From Botryllus schlosseri (taxonomy: Eukaryota): a DNA stretch of 64,000 bases. Under the pieces are notes generated by a model that saw only the letters and a program-made list of their open reading frames with translations, did not search any database and had not been told where the DNA came from. Position 1 is the first letter of the stretch. Every line of letters starts with the position of its first letter. The DNA is taken from contig CM119371.1 of NCBI GenBank assembly GCA_051294905.1, positions 6,946,001 to 7,010,000 on the forward strand. Reading direction: 5' to 3'. The translations under genes and the position numbers were made by a program. This document shows, one piece after another, positions 52,933 to 63,560 of this stretch.

Positions 52933-55900
52933 ATGCACGCAATCGCAGACAGTTATTTTTTAGTGACTATTTCGCGACAACTTAACGACTTTACCCCCTC
53001 CGAATTTACTGGAAATCAGATAACCATATTTAGTGCATGAATTCTTTGTTCGCTCAGAATGAGCTGGATATAGGAGTCTGTAGGGTGTAAATATATGATG
53101 CGCTGATGTTAAGGAAGATAACATGTTGATAAGAAAATCCATGGGATTCCAATTGATTCATAAACACTGAAATTGTCTACATAGCGGACAGAATGTTTGG
53201 TATATATTTCCACATTGTCACCAATTCTGGATATGTTACAAAATTACACAGAAACTCACCTGTTGCCATCATTCCTGGAAATCTTAATGTCGGAATCGTG
53301 TCTTTTAGCCGATGACAAAGCCTGAAAGAAAATCTTACAATTACACAGCTGAAAAAATTGACTTGAACAATAAAATTAAACAGTGGTTCCATCAGCCACC
53401 TCGAACTGTATAGAGCACAAAAATGCTTTCATTTGGTGTAGAAAATATGTTAGTGTTCACAGGGAAACGGTTCACTTTGGGTTATTTAATCCATCTTTAC
53501 GACATTACAGAAACGTCACAGTGCATGTTTATACAATTTAGGAAGATTTGGTTGTTCATTAAACTTCGGCCTGTGCTCAATGTCCCATTAACGGTGCAAT
53601 CAAGTACCGGTATCTCAAAAAAGAGTTTAACCACAATCGCCACTAATGAATATAGAGGCATGCATGAATGCTTGCTTCTCAACGGGATTTCAAGAACATG
53701 CAGAACAGTTATTAGCCATACCTCAATTGTTCTACTAGCAGTCACGCGTGGTTCAATCACTTCCTGTGAAACGGGTTAGTAGCTTCAGGGTGGGAGCAAA
53801 TGGGAAACTGATAACCTCCGGATATGAGCTGGTAGTTGCAATGCGAATGGAATGTCGATGTACATACTAAATGTGGCTTGAAAATATAGCCAGATAAAAC
53901 TTAACTTGAATGATATTTGGTAAACTTGCTTGAAACATGCAACTTGCTTACTTCTGATCGAAAGAAAATCTTTGCCTGTGATGATAAAGAAACGATACAT
54001 CGGGTTAGAAACGATCCAAATTCGAACTTTACAGTCACCAAATGTGTTGAGGCTTGTTTTTACAGATAGAAATATGATCGTTACTAGTGGTTGAGTTGAG
54101 TTTATTGGTAATAATCAGATCATTTCGAAATTCTATAGCAGGGGTGGGCAATTATTTTCCTCCGTGGGCCAAATGAGAAGCAGAAAACACGTTGGCGGGC
54201 CGAGTGTAAAATTTTAGCTATATTCTCCAGCGTATTTCAATTTTATTTCTAAATTGCATTGTTAGGCCTAGTAAATGCTGCTCAGTGAATGTGTTGGTAA
54301 TGAGAAATTGACGGTTAATTAAAAATTATCCATTTGTCGTCATAATTGGCAACAATGTTAAACATGATACTTATTTCACTCTCATTAAACCCATATCCAC
54401 GTTCTGCTATTAAAACTCTGAAACAGTGGTTCTCGAGCTTTTTTAGGCACGCCCTTCTTTATGATAGTGAAAAATTCTATGCGCCTGCCTTATCATGATA
54501 TTACAAAACAATAAAAAGTGTGACCAGAATGCTAACAATCACAATCGATAGTTTGATGGCATGGGAGGTTCTGGCCGTTGATGAGAGAATTCTGTAACAT
54601 AAAAGTCAGAGAATACACAGAGCGAAGCTTTTTCGGCTTATTTTGACATGCCCGTTAATAATTTATGGGTGATAGATATGATGAATCACATAGTAATCGC
54701 AAGCACTGATTGACTTGTTTTACAAATTGTGGATTTGGAAACGTATCACGTATCAATTCGAAACACATGCCGTATAATGCGTAATGTGACATTGTCACAC
54801 TGACAATGGCAACAAAGAAGGTTTGAACTAAACTATATGGAAAGAGTAACTTCTTGCGACTTCAACTGCTAGTCATACTTTGCCACATTGCCTTTATTTT
54901 GAATATGGATAACGCATGTGAGGTGCGTAGACAATGTAATCATGGCATATTAATACAGGCAATATATTGAATCCATAGTAATCATAACCAGAAGAGGGAT
55001 GGGTTCCGCTGCAATCTATCGGAAATTCTAATGCTTGAAACTAATCAGAGCTCTGGATTACCAGATCACAATATAACAGTAGTTTTCAACAGGGGTCTAC
55101 GAAACACTTTCAGGAAATCGCAAACCGATTGATAAATATAATTTGTGATATTGGAAACTAGGGTAGATTATCTGAAGCAGTTTTGATTCATAACTTATGA
55201 AACTTTGTAGATTACATCAGCCGGATGGGCGTTTGAGACATGATATCAAACTCTGCCAGCTCATTTTAATTGACTGCAAGGCATGTTGTCGATGCGTCGA
55301 CCTATTGATACGAGCTTTTTGCTGTATCGGGCTGTTTCGTTGAGGTTTGCGGATTAACTGCAAATTTGGAATAGAAAGGTCAAAAAGAGTGATCATAATC
55401 AGAAACCGCTCAAACGATGACATGATTTTGCGTCGGTGAATTAATGTATCTTTGCCAATTTCGGGGTTAAGGAGTAAAAATCCCAATAATGAGATTTAAA
55501 TTTTAATCCCAAAACACCCCTAAAAATTCGCCATCTTCCGTGGGTCCTGCACTTATTTTGGTATCCCATCTTGAAAGATACTTTTCCAAACTCTGTAAGT
55601 AGGTTTACTCTACTTCTACAACTACCTCCAGTGGTTCGTTTTTCCACTCTTACACTTCTACTAAACAGATTTGTAGGCAAAAACTAGTTGTTTGTTACAC
55701 TTTGGCTCCCGTGGGAAGAAGTTTTGTGATACCTGCAATTCTTACTCGAGTGGTAACAATTTCAAACTACTTACATTACGTTTTTTTTTGCAAACTAGGC
55801 CTGGAATAATTAACTTTTTCACTAATTTGGAAATTTCTACTTCTACTAGTAGCCTACTTCAGTAGAAATTTACAACACTGCTTAGCCTCTTATTTGAGTG

Positions 55901-56668
55901 GCAACGATGAATACCTTGATATCTGCTCACGAAACAGCAATCTCGATTCAACCCCGACCTTCACCCACATTCGTCACTCACCTGCTTACATCGGGATTGA
56001 CCGACTTTTCCCTGTGGGAACCAACACCAATGGTGGGACCTGGAGCACTTTCTGGTGGATAACCCCACGTTGCTGGTTTGACCAGTTCGGTGGTGGGCCA
56101 GGAATCCATCCCGAATGAGGGGACTCTGGAATAAAACGGATTCTGTTTTTAGGGAAACATGAAACAAATTGTGACTCGATTATAATTGTAACTACAGTGT
56201 TTGACAAATTAGATTAGAATTAGAATGATAGCTATATAGTTTTCTTTTTCGAATGAGATTAGAATGAGAATTACAACTACTCGGTGTTTTCCAAATGATA
56301 TTAGAATTACAATTATAGGGAATTAGAATTACGGAATTTCTGAAAACTTGGCATAGCATGAAGTTCAGTTGATATCAAATTATAGTTTGTTCTGATAAGC
56401 GCGAGAAATTCAAATGTCTATACAGCAAGCTTGGCTCGTTTCATTGTCACTGTCTCACTAACTACAAGCATCGCAATGACTGCGGGCATCATACCATCAC
56501 ATTTTCTAAAAGAGGGCACTTATGTAAAAGAGGTCAAGAGCCACTGTTCTATATCAAGGTTATCATTTGGAGGCTATTACATGATACATTCGAATCATTA
56601 CGCTGTTAAAATAGATATCTCCTGGTTTTGAGAGTGTATTTATGACTGGTTTTCAAATCGAGCTTCAT

Positions 56669-56985
56669 CAGTGGTTCTCAACCTTTTTTTAGACACGACC
56701 CCTTTATGATAATGAGAAATTTTGCGCCTCCCTTATCGTCATATCACAAAATCCAACCGGGATGCTAGCAACCCCAACAGATTGTTTGATGGCATGGAAG
56801 ATCATGACTGTTGATGAGATAATTTAAAAATATGAAATTCGGTCTATATATATAGAGAAACACACGTGAATTGGAGGTAAATCGCGAAGATCGCGAAAAG
56901 TTTTTTCAGTTGACCGCTTCTTCGCGCCCCCTCAGATGCTTTGACGCCCCCTAAGGGGGGCTAACCCCCAGATTCAGAACCACTG
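56669..56985. mobile_element. hAT/Charlie-like MITE
   Basis: TIRs CAGTGGTTCT / AGAACCACTG, imperfect TSD AGCTTCAT / AGTTACAT. Related left ends at 41945 and 54424. Confidence 0.8.
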
Positions 56986-57141
56986 AGTTACATAATTCAG
57001 TAGTTTGAAAGACAGCAAATTCTACTGCTACCGGAAGTAGGCCACTTATGGGTTGCTTGGAACAGCAATACTATTACTAATACTTGAGTGAAATATGCAC
57101 ATTCTTGATTACTTTGACAACTTCTGATCATGCATGCGGAC

Positions 57142-57690
57142 TAGAGTTGTTCAGATATAACTTTCTTTTCGAATTCCGAGGATTCACTGATTGTATCGCT
57201 AGGTTGCCGTTAAAACGCTCCACACCAATTTGGCTCGTTTCAACCAGTAAAAGCCGACGTAGAGCCAATTGAAATTTTGGAAATTATTATGAATTTTTTT
57301 TCCTCAAATTTCACCGTCAAGGCCATAAAATTGTTAAGTTGCTTAAAAGAACAATGCATAACAATTTTTCTCAATTCAAGCTGGTAGAAGCAAAGTCACT
57401 GCAGTTGAAAGTTTTAGATTTGCAAAAATAGCATTGATGGTGGGTAATCTCAGAATTATTACCGTAATGAAAAACTCAATTAACTTCTCTTTTACGGGTT
57501 GGAATTGCGTCAAACCTGTTTTGCAACTTTCTGTAGACAACTCAACAATTTAACGAGGTTCACGGCAGAAAAATAAAATTCCAATAAATACCTTGATGAA
57601 TTTCAATTGACTTAGCCTCGACTTCTACTGGTAGGAATTGAGCCAAATTTGGTGTGCAGCATTTTTTTAGGCAACCTAACATTCTAATCA
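57142..57690. mobile_element. MITE family A, shared ancestral insertion (right end deleted)
   Basis: Collinear with 24433-24985 and has the same left junction. Confidence 0.7.
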
Positions 57691-59639
57691 GTTGTTTTTC
57701 TGCGACTATTTCGCGACAACTAAAAGGCTTTACCCTCGTCCAAATGTACTGGAAATCAGTGAGCCATATTCAATATGCATGATTTCTTTGTCAGTTCGCA
57801 ATGAGTAAATGCTGGATGTAGGATTCTGTAGGTTGTAAATACATGGTGCGCTGATGTTAGGGAAGATAATATGTTGATATGAAAATCCACGCGATACCAC
57901 TTGATTCATTTAGAACTGATATTGTCTACATAGCGGACAGAATGTTTGGTATATATTTCTATATTGTCACCAATTCTGGTGGTGGCACAAAATTGCACAA
58001 AAACTCACCCGAAGTCATCACGATTCCTGGAAATCTCAATGTCGAGATCTTGTCTTTTTGCAGGTGACCAAAGCCTGAAAGAAAATCTCAAAATTACACA
58101 TCCGATAAAATAGACTTCAACACTAAAATTAAACAGTTGTTCAATCAGCCACCTTGAACTGTATAGAGAACAAAAATGTCAGAAAATACTTTCTTTTGGT
58201 GTAGAAAATATGTTGGTGTCCACAGGGAAGTGGTTCGCTTTGGTTTATTCGTTCCACCTTTACAACGAGGGCTAGACAAAATCGAGAACCTGAGTGATTC
58301 GTTTCTGAATCACGTATTATGCTTCGAGTCGAGTATTCGAGTTTTACTCATTATGATGTCATAACAGAATGTAATATGTCAAAGTTCCAATATGTACCTT
58401 TTATGTCACCACAAAGAATATAACGCCTGTTATCCATCACGGGCAAGGATAGCTATTAGCCAACATCAATTGTTCTATTAGCAGTCACGTGCGGTTCAAT
58501 CGGTTTCTATAAAACGGGATAGTAACTTAAGTGTAGGAGCAAATTGAAAACTGACAATCTCCGTATATCATCCGGTTATTGTAATGATAATATTATGTCC
58601 ATGTTCATCCTAATTGTGGCTTGAAAATATGCAGCCAGATAACTCTCACCTTAAATGACATTTGGTGAACTTGCTGGAAAGTTGCAACTTGCATGACTCT
58701 GATCCAAAGAAAATCCTTGCCTGTGATGATAAAGAAAAGATACCTTGGGTTAGAAACGATTCAAATTCAAACTTTACAGTCTGCAGTCCCAATGTGTTGA
58801 TACTTGTTATTACAGATAAAAAATAAGATCGTTACTAATGATTACATTTGTTGTGAATAATTTTTATAATTTCAAAACACCCCAACACTAATGATGTCGG
58901 ATTTGATTGTTTGCCCTCGATTTAACAAAAAAATTGTAAAATGATAATTCGAGAATTACTCACTTTCATCTCCCAGGTAGAATTATCACACGTTGATGCA
59001 TGTCAGATTCCAACTGATTGACATCTGTTGAGATTGTCATGCAAACTTCTTTCATCATCAAAGCCATTTCACATCCGACGACCAGACTATTAAATGATAT
59101 GTTATATACCTATGATGATCTTCTGATTGCAATCCACTGTAACAAAATGAATAATGGTTATGAAAAGTAAGAATAATTAATTTATATGCAGCACATGTTG
59201 CTCAACCCTGGAAATCGTACCAGCGGATGTGGTAGGCCTACATAACAAGTAGCCGATAGTCGCCTCATACAAATATAATCGAAATGGTTCATGGTTGATT
59301 ATGCGCACAAATTTAGTATCTTGATCGTAGAGAACAAAAATGTGCCGACAGTTTTTGAATCAGCGCCTCCAAACATGTCAAAAACAATAAAATAACAAGA
59401 TAGGCCTAAACAAAAATTTCATCCCCTGTTATTAGGCCTACATGTTGATCACTCTTAATCCACGATTCTCATCAAGTAAGATAAGCAATCACACATACAA
59501 ACTTGTAACCCAAGCTCAATTTACAAGCACATACTGAGTATAGCCTACGTATTGAAGAGTGAATAACGTGAGCAAATATCGTATGTGGCTGATCAAACAT
59601 ACTGAAATACAGGATGATTAAAACTTGAACTGCCTACAG

Positions 59640-60412
59640 CAGGGGTGTCAAACTCAAATTGCGATGCGAGCCAGATCAGTCAACTAATTGAAAAATGTTA
59701 CCTTGCGCTCTTGCTTTTCAACATAATAGCATAAAAGCATATATATATAATAGATAATACACGGCTAAAAAGAGTTTTCAAAGTAGCAACAATGAAATTG
59801 GCAAAATAAGGTGATTGTCTTTTTGTATACAGTTCAGAACCGTTAAAACAATGGCAGCAACGACGATATAAGTTGGCGTATTCTATGCTCCCTTTGATTC
59901 AGTTGTAATCTGGCGCTAGTCTTGTATATGCATTGCAGTTACATACATTCATACAAGACATTTATTCGGACACGCGGCCGTTGGAATTTTGTTTATTATT
60001 ATTACATTGCAAGTCCAGATAGTTTCATGTCTGGGGACCTATTGGGTCGAAAGTGACACAGCAGTGCGTCCACAGATATGTCAATTATACATTTGTGCAA
60101 CCAATATATTTTGCATTTTCCATACCTAGCCTACTTTTTGGTCCATGTTTGTATAAAACTCTGAACTGGGTGTGCCTTTTTGAAATTAGACGTCAATTTC
60201 CCCGACTTATTATTACTAGTTGTAACTAGAGTGAAAGCACAGCACTGCAGTCGGGTGGTTATAATGGGGCCTATCAACATTGAAGTATTTCCTGAAAAAG
60301 ATCTTAACATTTGTTACAAATGTGCTAAATATATAGGAATTTTTAAACAAACGCAGCATTGCTTCGCGGGCTGGATGAAATCATCTGGCCGGATATAGGT
60401 TTAACACCCCTG
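59640..60412. mobile_element. hAT/Charlie-like non-autonomous element
   Basis: TIRs CAGGGGTGTCAAAC / GTTTAACACCCCTG. Perfect TSD GCCTACAG (59632-59639, 60413-60420). Confidence 0.9.
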
Positions 60413-60737
60413 GCCTACAGTAATCAGTAGGTTCCAGAATCCGGACATTTCAGGATTCAGAAGCAGACTTGTACAAACTACCAATCTAGCTGGTTGACGG
60501 TTCAGAGTAGCTCTAGTGGCAGATTTTGAAGAGAGTACCGTGGTTCTAGTGTCGTCGTTTGGCGTGAATTATAATACTGGTGCTCCAAAAACCGTCCATT
60601 TCGAACACTCAAACCCGTTCTTTTGAAAGACATATTCTATAACCAACTCAGTGATTTGACTTTCAAGTACTGCAGTATTTTTGGAACTGAAAATTCAGTT
60701 TTTGTACCAGTCTGCTCAGGTGATTCATGAGTGCAAT

Positions 60738-62369
60738 CTATCTCTTCGCGAATACGGATTTGTAAATTCGAAAACATTCATCTACTTTTGGTGTCACTCT
60801 AGTCCATTTGTCTTGTGATATATCATACTTTACAATTTCATGAGGGGTTCGTTCATCTGTTACTGCAAAAATCCACTTGTCAATGTGATACGCAGAAACT
60901 CGATAATGGTAAGCATTCATAGAAGATAATGAAGTCCACTGAGCTGAAGTAACATCGTAACATTCTACGGTGCTGACATTCTTTATTTCTCCACGCCAGC
61001 CACCGATCACAAATATCTTTTGATCAACTGTAACAACACCACTCGCACAAACAGGATATCTCATTGGTTCGAGATCAACCCACTCTGATGATGACGGAGT
61101 GAATCTGCAGAATGATGAAACCGCGACATCATCTGGTCCTGCACCTCCGATACAATAGATGGAATCATTCAATGATACGAGACTTGTTAAACGAATCGCT
61201 GAAGGTTTGTCTTTCAGTTGAAACCATTGATTCGCTGGAGAAGTAAATATTTCCACATCACTTGTTGCTCTGGGAGAACTTCCTCCGACAACAAATATCG
61301 ATCCTAACAATGAAACTGAGCGCGGATCAGTTCCATGATCACAAATCATATCTTTCATTCTTTCCCATTTTGAATTTTTGCTCTGAAAATCAAGTCGATG
61401 AACTGATTTATCACGACATAAAATGTAGATATACGAGTCTGGAGAAATCGCCGAGAAAGATTTTAAATCCTCGAACTTCTCATCATGAAACTTCTCTACT
61501 TTTTCAGTTACGGGATTGAAGGATCGGATACAATCTGTGTCATCATCATAAAGAATTATCAACTCATCATCACCAATTTCTTCATTCTTTTTGTGTGATG
61601 CTTTTGGAGCTTCTAAAAGATGTCTATTGATCAACTTGTACATTCCAAAGTCGTTACTGACAATTAGGTTTGATCTCAAAAGACGTTCTAAAAATGCCGG
61701 AGAGACTTTATCAAACTTGATTGTTTCGAGACATTCGTGCAAATGTTCCTGATTATTTCCATTTTTTTCAACCCAATTGAACAATACCGTTAGTTTCTCT
61801 TCTTCACATAACTTGGATTTTTCCGACTTCACAAAACTGAGGATGTTAGTTTTTTCAATATTTCCAAATTCAGGTTGGTTTGATATTTCCATGATATTTT
61901 CATGAAAAAATGCTCTACATTTCATAGAGACGGCAACCAGTCCATACATATCAGCAACATTTCTTGTGGAAAAGTAATTCTTTACATTAATTGATTCCTC
62001 CAAAACGTCAGACACTGCCTGTTTCACGTCATCCAACTGCATCATGATTGCGACATGAAGAAGATTAGTTATCTTCTCGTCAGGAATCTCAAATTTCCCT
62101 GAATATATGAAATCGATGCACTTTTTCACACACTGAGAATCGACTTCTTTCAAAACAACTTTTCCTTCATGACTCTCTTTTGTATCGTGTTTTAACATAG
62201 CTTTGAAATAAGCACAACCGGCCGACAGTACATTTTTGTGAGTGTAATAGACATCATCTCCTACTTGAATTATAAAATCACAATGATCATTTTCTTGCTT
62301 CATTCGATGTAATTCTTCCATCATCTTCACTGAATATTTCTCTACATTTTGACACATAATCTGCACCAT
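60738..62369 (-). CDS. Kelch-like BTB-BACK-Kelch protein, copy 5 (543 aa from ATG)
   Basis: Uninterrupted ORF with the same domain motifs. ATG is at 62369; the track uses an upstream TTG. Confidence 0.95.
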   Translation of the reverse strand: MVQIMCQNVEKYSVKMMEELHRMKQENDHCDFIIQVGDDVYYTHKNVLSAGCAYFKAMLKHDTKESHEGKVVLKEVDSQCVKKCIDFIYSGKFEIPDEKITNLLHVAIMMQLDDVKQAVSDVLEESINVKNYFSTRNVADMYGLVAVSMKCRAFFHENIMEISNQPEFGNIEKTNILSFVKSEKSKLCEEEKLTVLFNWVEKNGNNQEHLHECLETIKFDKVSPAFLERLLRSNLIVSNDFGMYKLINRHLLEAPKASHKKNEEIGDDELIILYDDDTDCIRSFNPVTEKVEKFHDEKFEDLKSFSAISPDSYIYILCRDKSVHRLDFQSKNSKWERMKDMICDHGTDPRSVSLLGSIFVVGGSSPRATSDVEIFTSPANQWFQLKDKPSAIRLTSLVSLNDSIYCIGGAGPDDVAVSSFCRFTPSSSEWVDLEPMRYPVCASGVVTVDQKIFVIGGWRGEIKNVSTVECYDVTSAQWTSLSSMNAYHYRVSAYHIDKWIFAVTDERTPHEIVKYDISQDKWTRVTPKVDECFRIYKSVFAKR

Positions 62370-62574
62370 GATTGCCAATCAAGCACAAAGGATCCTACAA
62401 ATATTAGTCAAACACTGCTGTATATTGAAGTAAAGATTATAGTTAACTCAAGTAAAATACCTGTTGAAAGAATCATAAAACTTATTAACGTCACGAGTTG
62501 AATGAATGAATTTAAGGAAAGTCAACAACACATAAGTTGAAGACTGAACAGTGCAGTTCTGCAGTCATGAATTT

Positions 62575-63560
62575 GGTTGCCAGTGAACCCGGCCCTCGGT
62601 GAACCCGGCCCAGTGAACCCGGCCCTCGGTGAACCCGGCCCTCGGTGAACCCGGCCCTCGGGAAATTTTGAAAATTAAGTGTATTAACAAGTATTAACAT
62701 GAATTATTAAACTAATAATGTTATTATCAACTGATTTGTCGATCTTGTAAGGAGGTCAGTGCATGCGTAGATCACGCAGTCACGGCGTGATCAGATCACG
62801 TGATCACGATTGCGTGGTCGGCTCAGTGTTGAATTGACTGCGCAAGGGGCGGACGTGCGAAGTTCGACATCCTCGTATCTGTTCATGACATCGCATTGGG
62901 TCTTATCGCATTGTACATTGTGTGTGACTTATTCAGATGGAAAATATATATCAACGATTGTTATTGCTCACATTTCAACCACGCGTGGTCTGCTCGTTAT
63001 TGCAACTGTAGGTTGAGGTGGGGTGTTAGGGTTGGGTTGGGTATAGGGGGAAGGGCGACATCAGGGTTCGGGGAGTGGGACATTAGGGTTGGGGGATATT
63101 AGGGTTCCCGGAGGTGGGATATTAGGGTTGGGGGAGGTGGGATATTAGGGTTGGGGGAGGTGGGATATTAGGGTTGGGGGAGGTGGGATATTAGGGTTGG
63201 GGGAGGTGGGATATTAGGGTTGGGGAGGTGGGATATTAGGGTTAGGGGAGGTGGGATATTAGGGTTGGGGTTAGGGTTAGGGGAGGTGGGATATTAGGGT
63301 TAGGGTTAGGTTAGGGTTATGATTAGGGTTAGGTTAGGATTAGGGTTACTAGGGTTACCGGAGGTGGGATATCAGGGTGGCCGGAGGTGGGATATTAGGG
63401 TTACCGGAGGTGGGATATTGATGTGAGCGTCGCGTTATCTTCCCCGCTTACTCAATCCTGAATACAAAATTTCCCGAGGGCCGGGTTCACCGAGGGCCGG
63501 GTTCACCAAGGGCCGGGTTCACTGGGCCGGGTTCACCGAGGGCCGGGTTCACTGGTAATC
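62575..63560. mobile_element. Non-autonomous DNA transposon with tandem-repeat TIRs and an internal telomere-like array
   Basis: GGTTGCCAGTGAACCCGGCCC... / ...GGGCCGGGTTCACTGGTAATC. GTGAACCCGGCCCTCG-type repeats form ~90-bp inverted ends. TSD ATGAATTT (62567-62574, 63561-63568; 9 bp CATGAATTT is also possible). Confidence 0.85.
63010..63420 (+). repeat. G-rich minisatellite (GGAGGTGGGATATTAGGGTTGGG)n grading into TTAGGG/TTAGG repeats
   Basis: Directly visible ~24-bp units at ~63110-63300 and TTAGGG variants at ~63270-63357. Confidence 0.9.

Larger units (their letters stand above)
48645..54135 (+). pseudogene. Decayed plus-strand BTB/BACK-like gene, copy D2
   Basis: SGAAFAKSPDFL...KHQCSVLVEFIYIGHCLI...TLSHFLK (~51710-52075; VLVEFIYIGH at 51977-52006), then LFRDNLTTLPPPNLLEI, LSPILDMLQNYTETHL and YLVNLLETCNLLTSDRKKIFACDDKETIHRVRND. 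Confidence 0.55.
55745..59630 (+). pseudogene. Decayed plus-strand BTB/BACK-like gene, copy D3 (partial)
   Basis: SHFLKEGTYVKEVKSHC...IDISW (56431 ORF), and a 57690-59600 block collinear with 24985-28640. Confidence 0.5.

Noticed and set aside
354..61519. Plus-strand ORFs at 354, 12272, 30577, 30876, 39874 and 61262
   Set aside because: They are antisense shadows of the Kelch coding sequences.
13126..62378. TTG starts giving MTIM/MAIM N-termini for Kelch copies 2, 3 and 5
   Set aside because: This is a eukaryotic locus. The ATG three codons downstream is conserved in all five copies, and copy 4 has a stop at the equivalent upstream position.
63010..63420. True telomere or chromosome fusion site
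   Set aside because: The repeats are degenerate, single-orientation and enclosed by TIRs and a TSD. Locus homology resumes on the other side.
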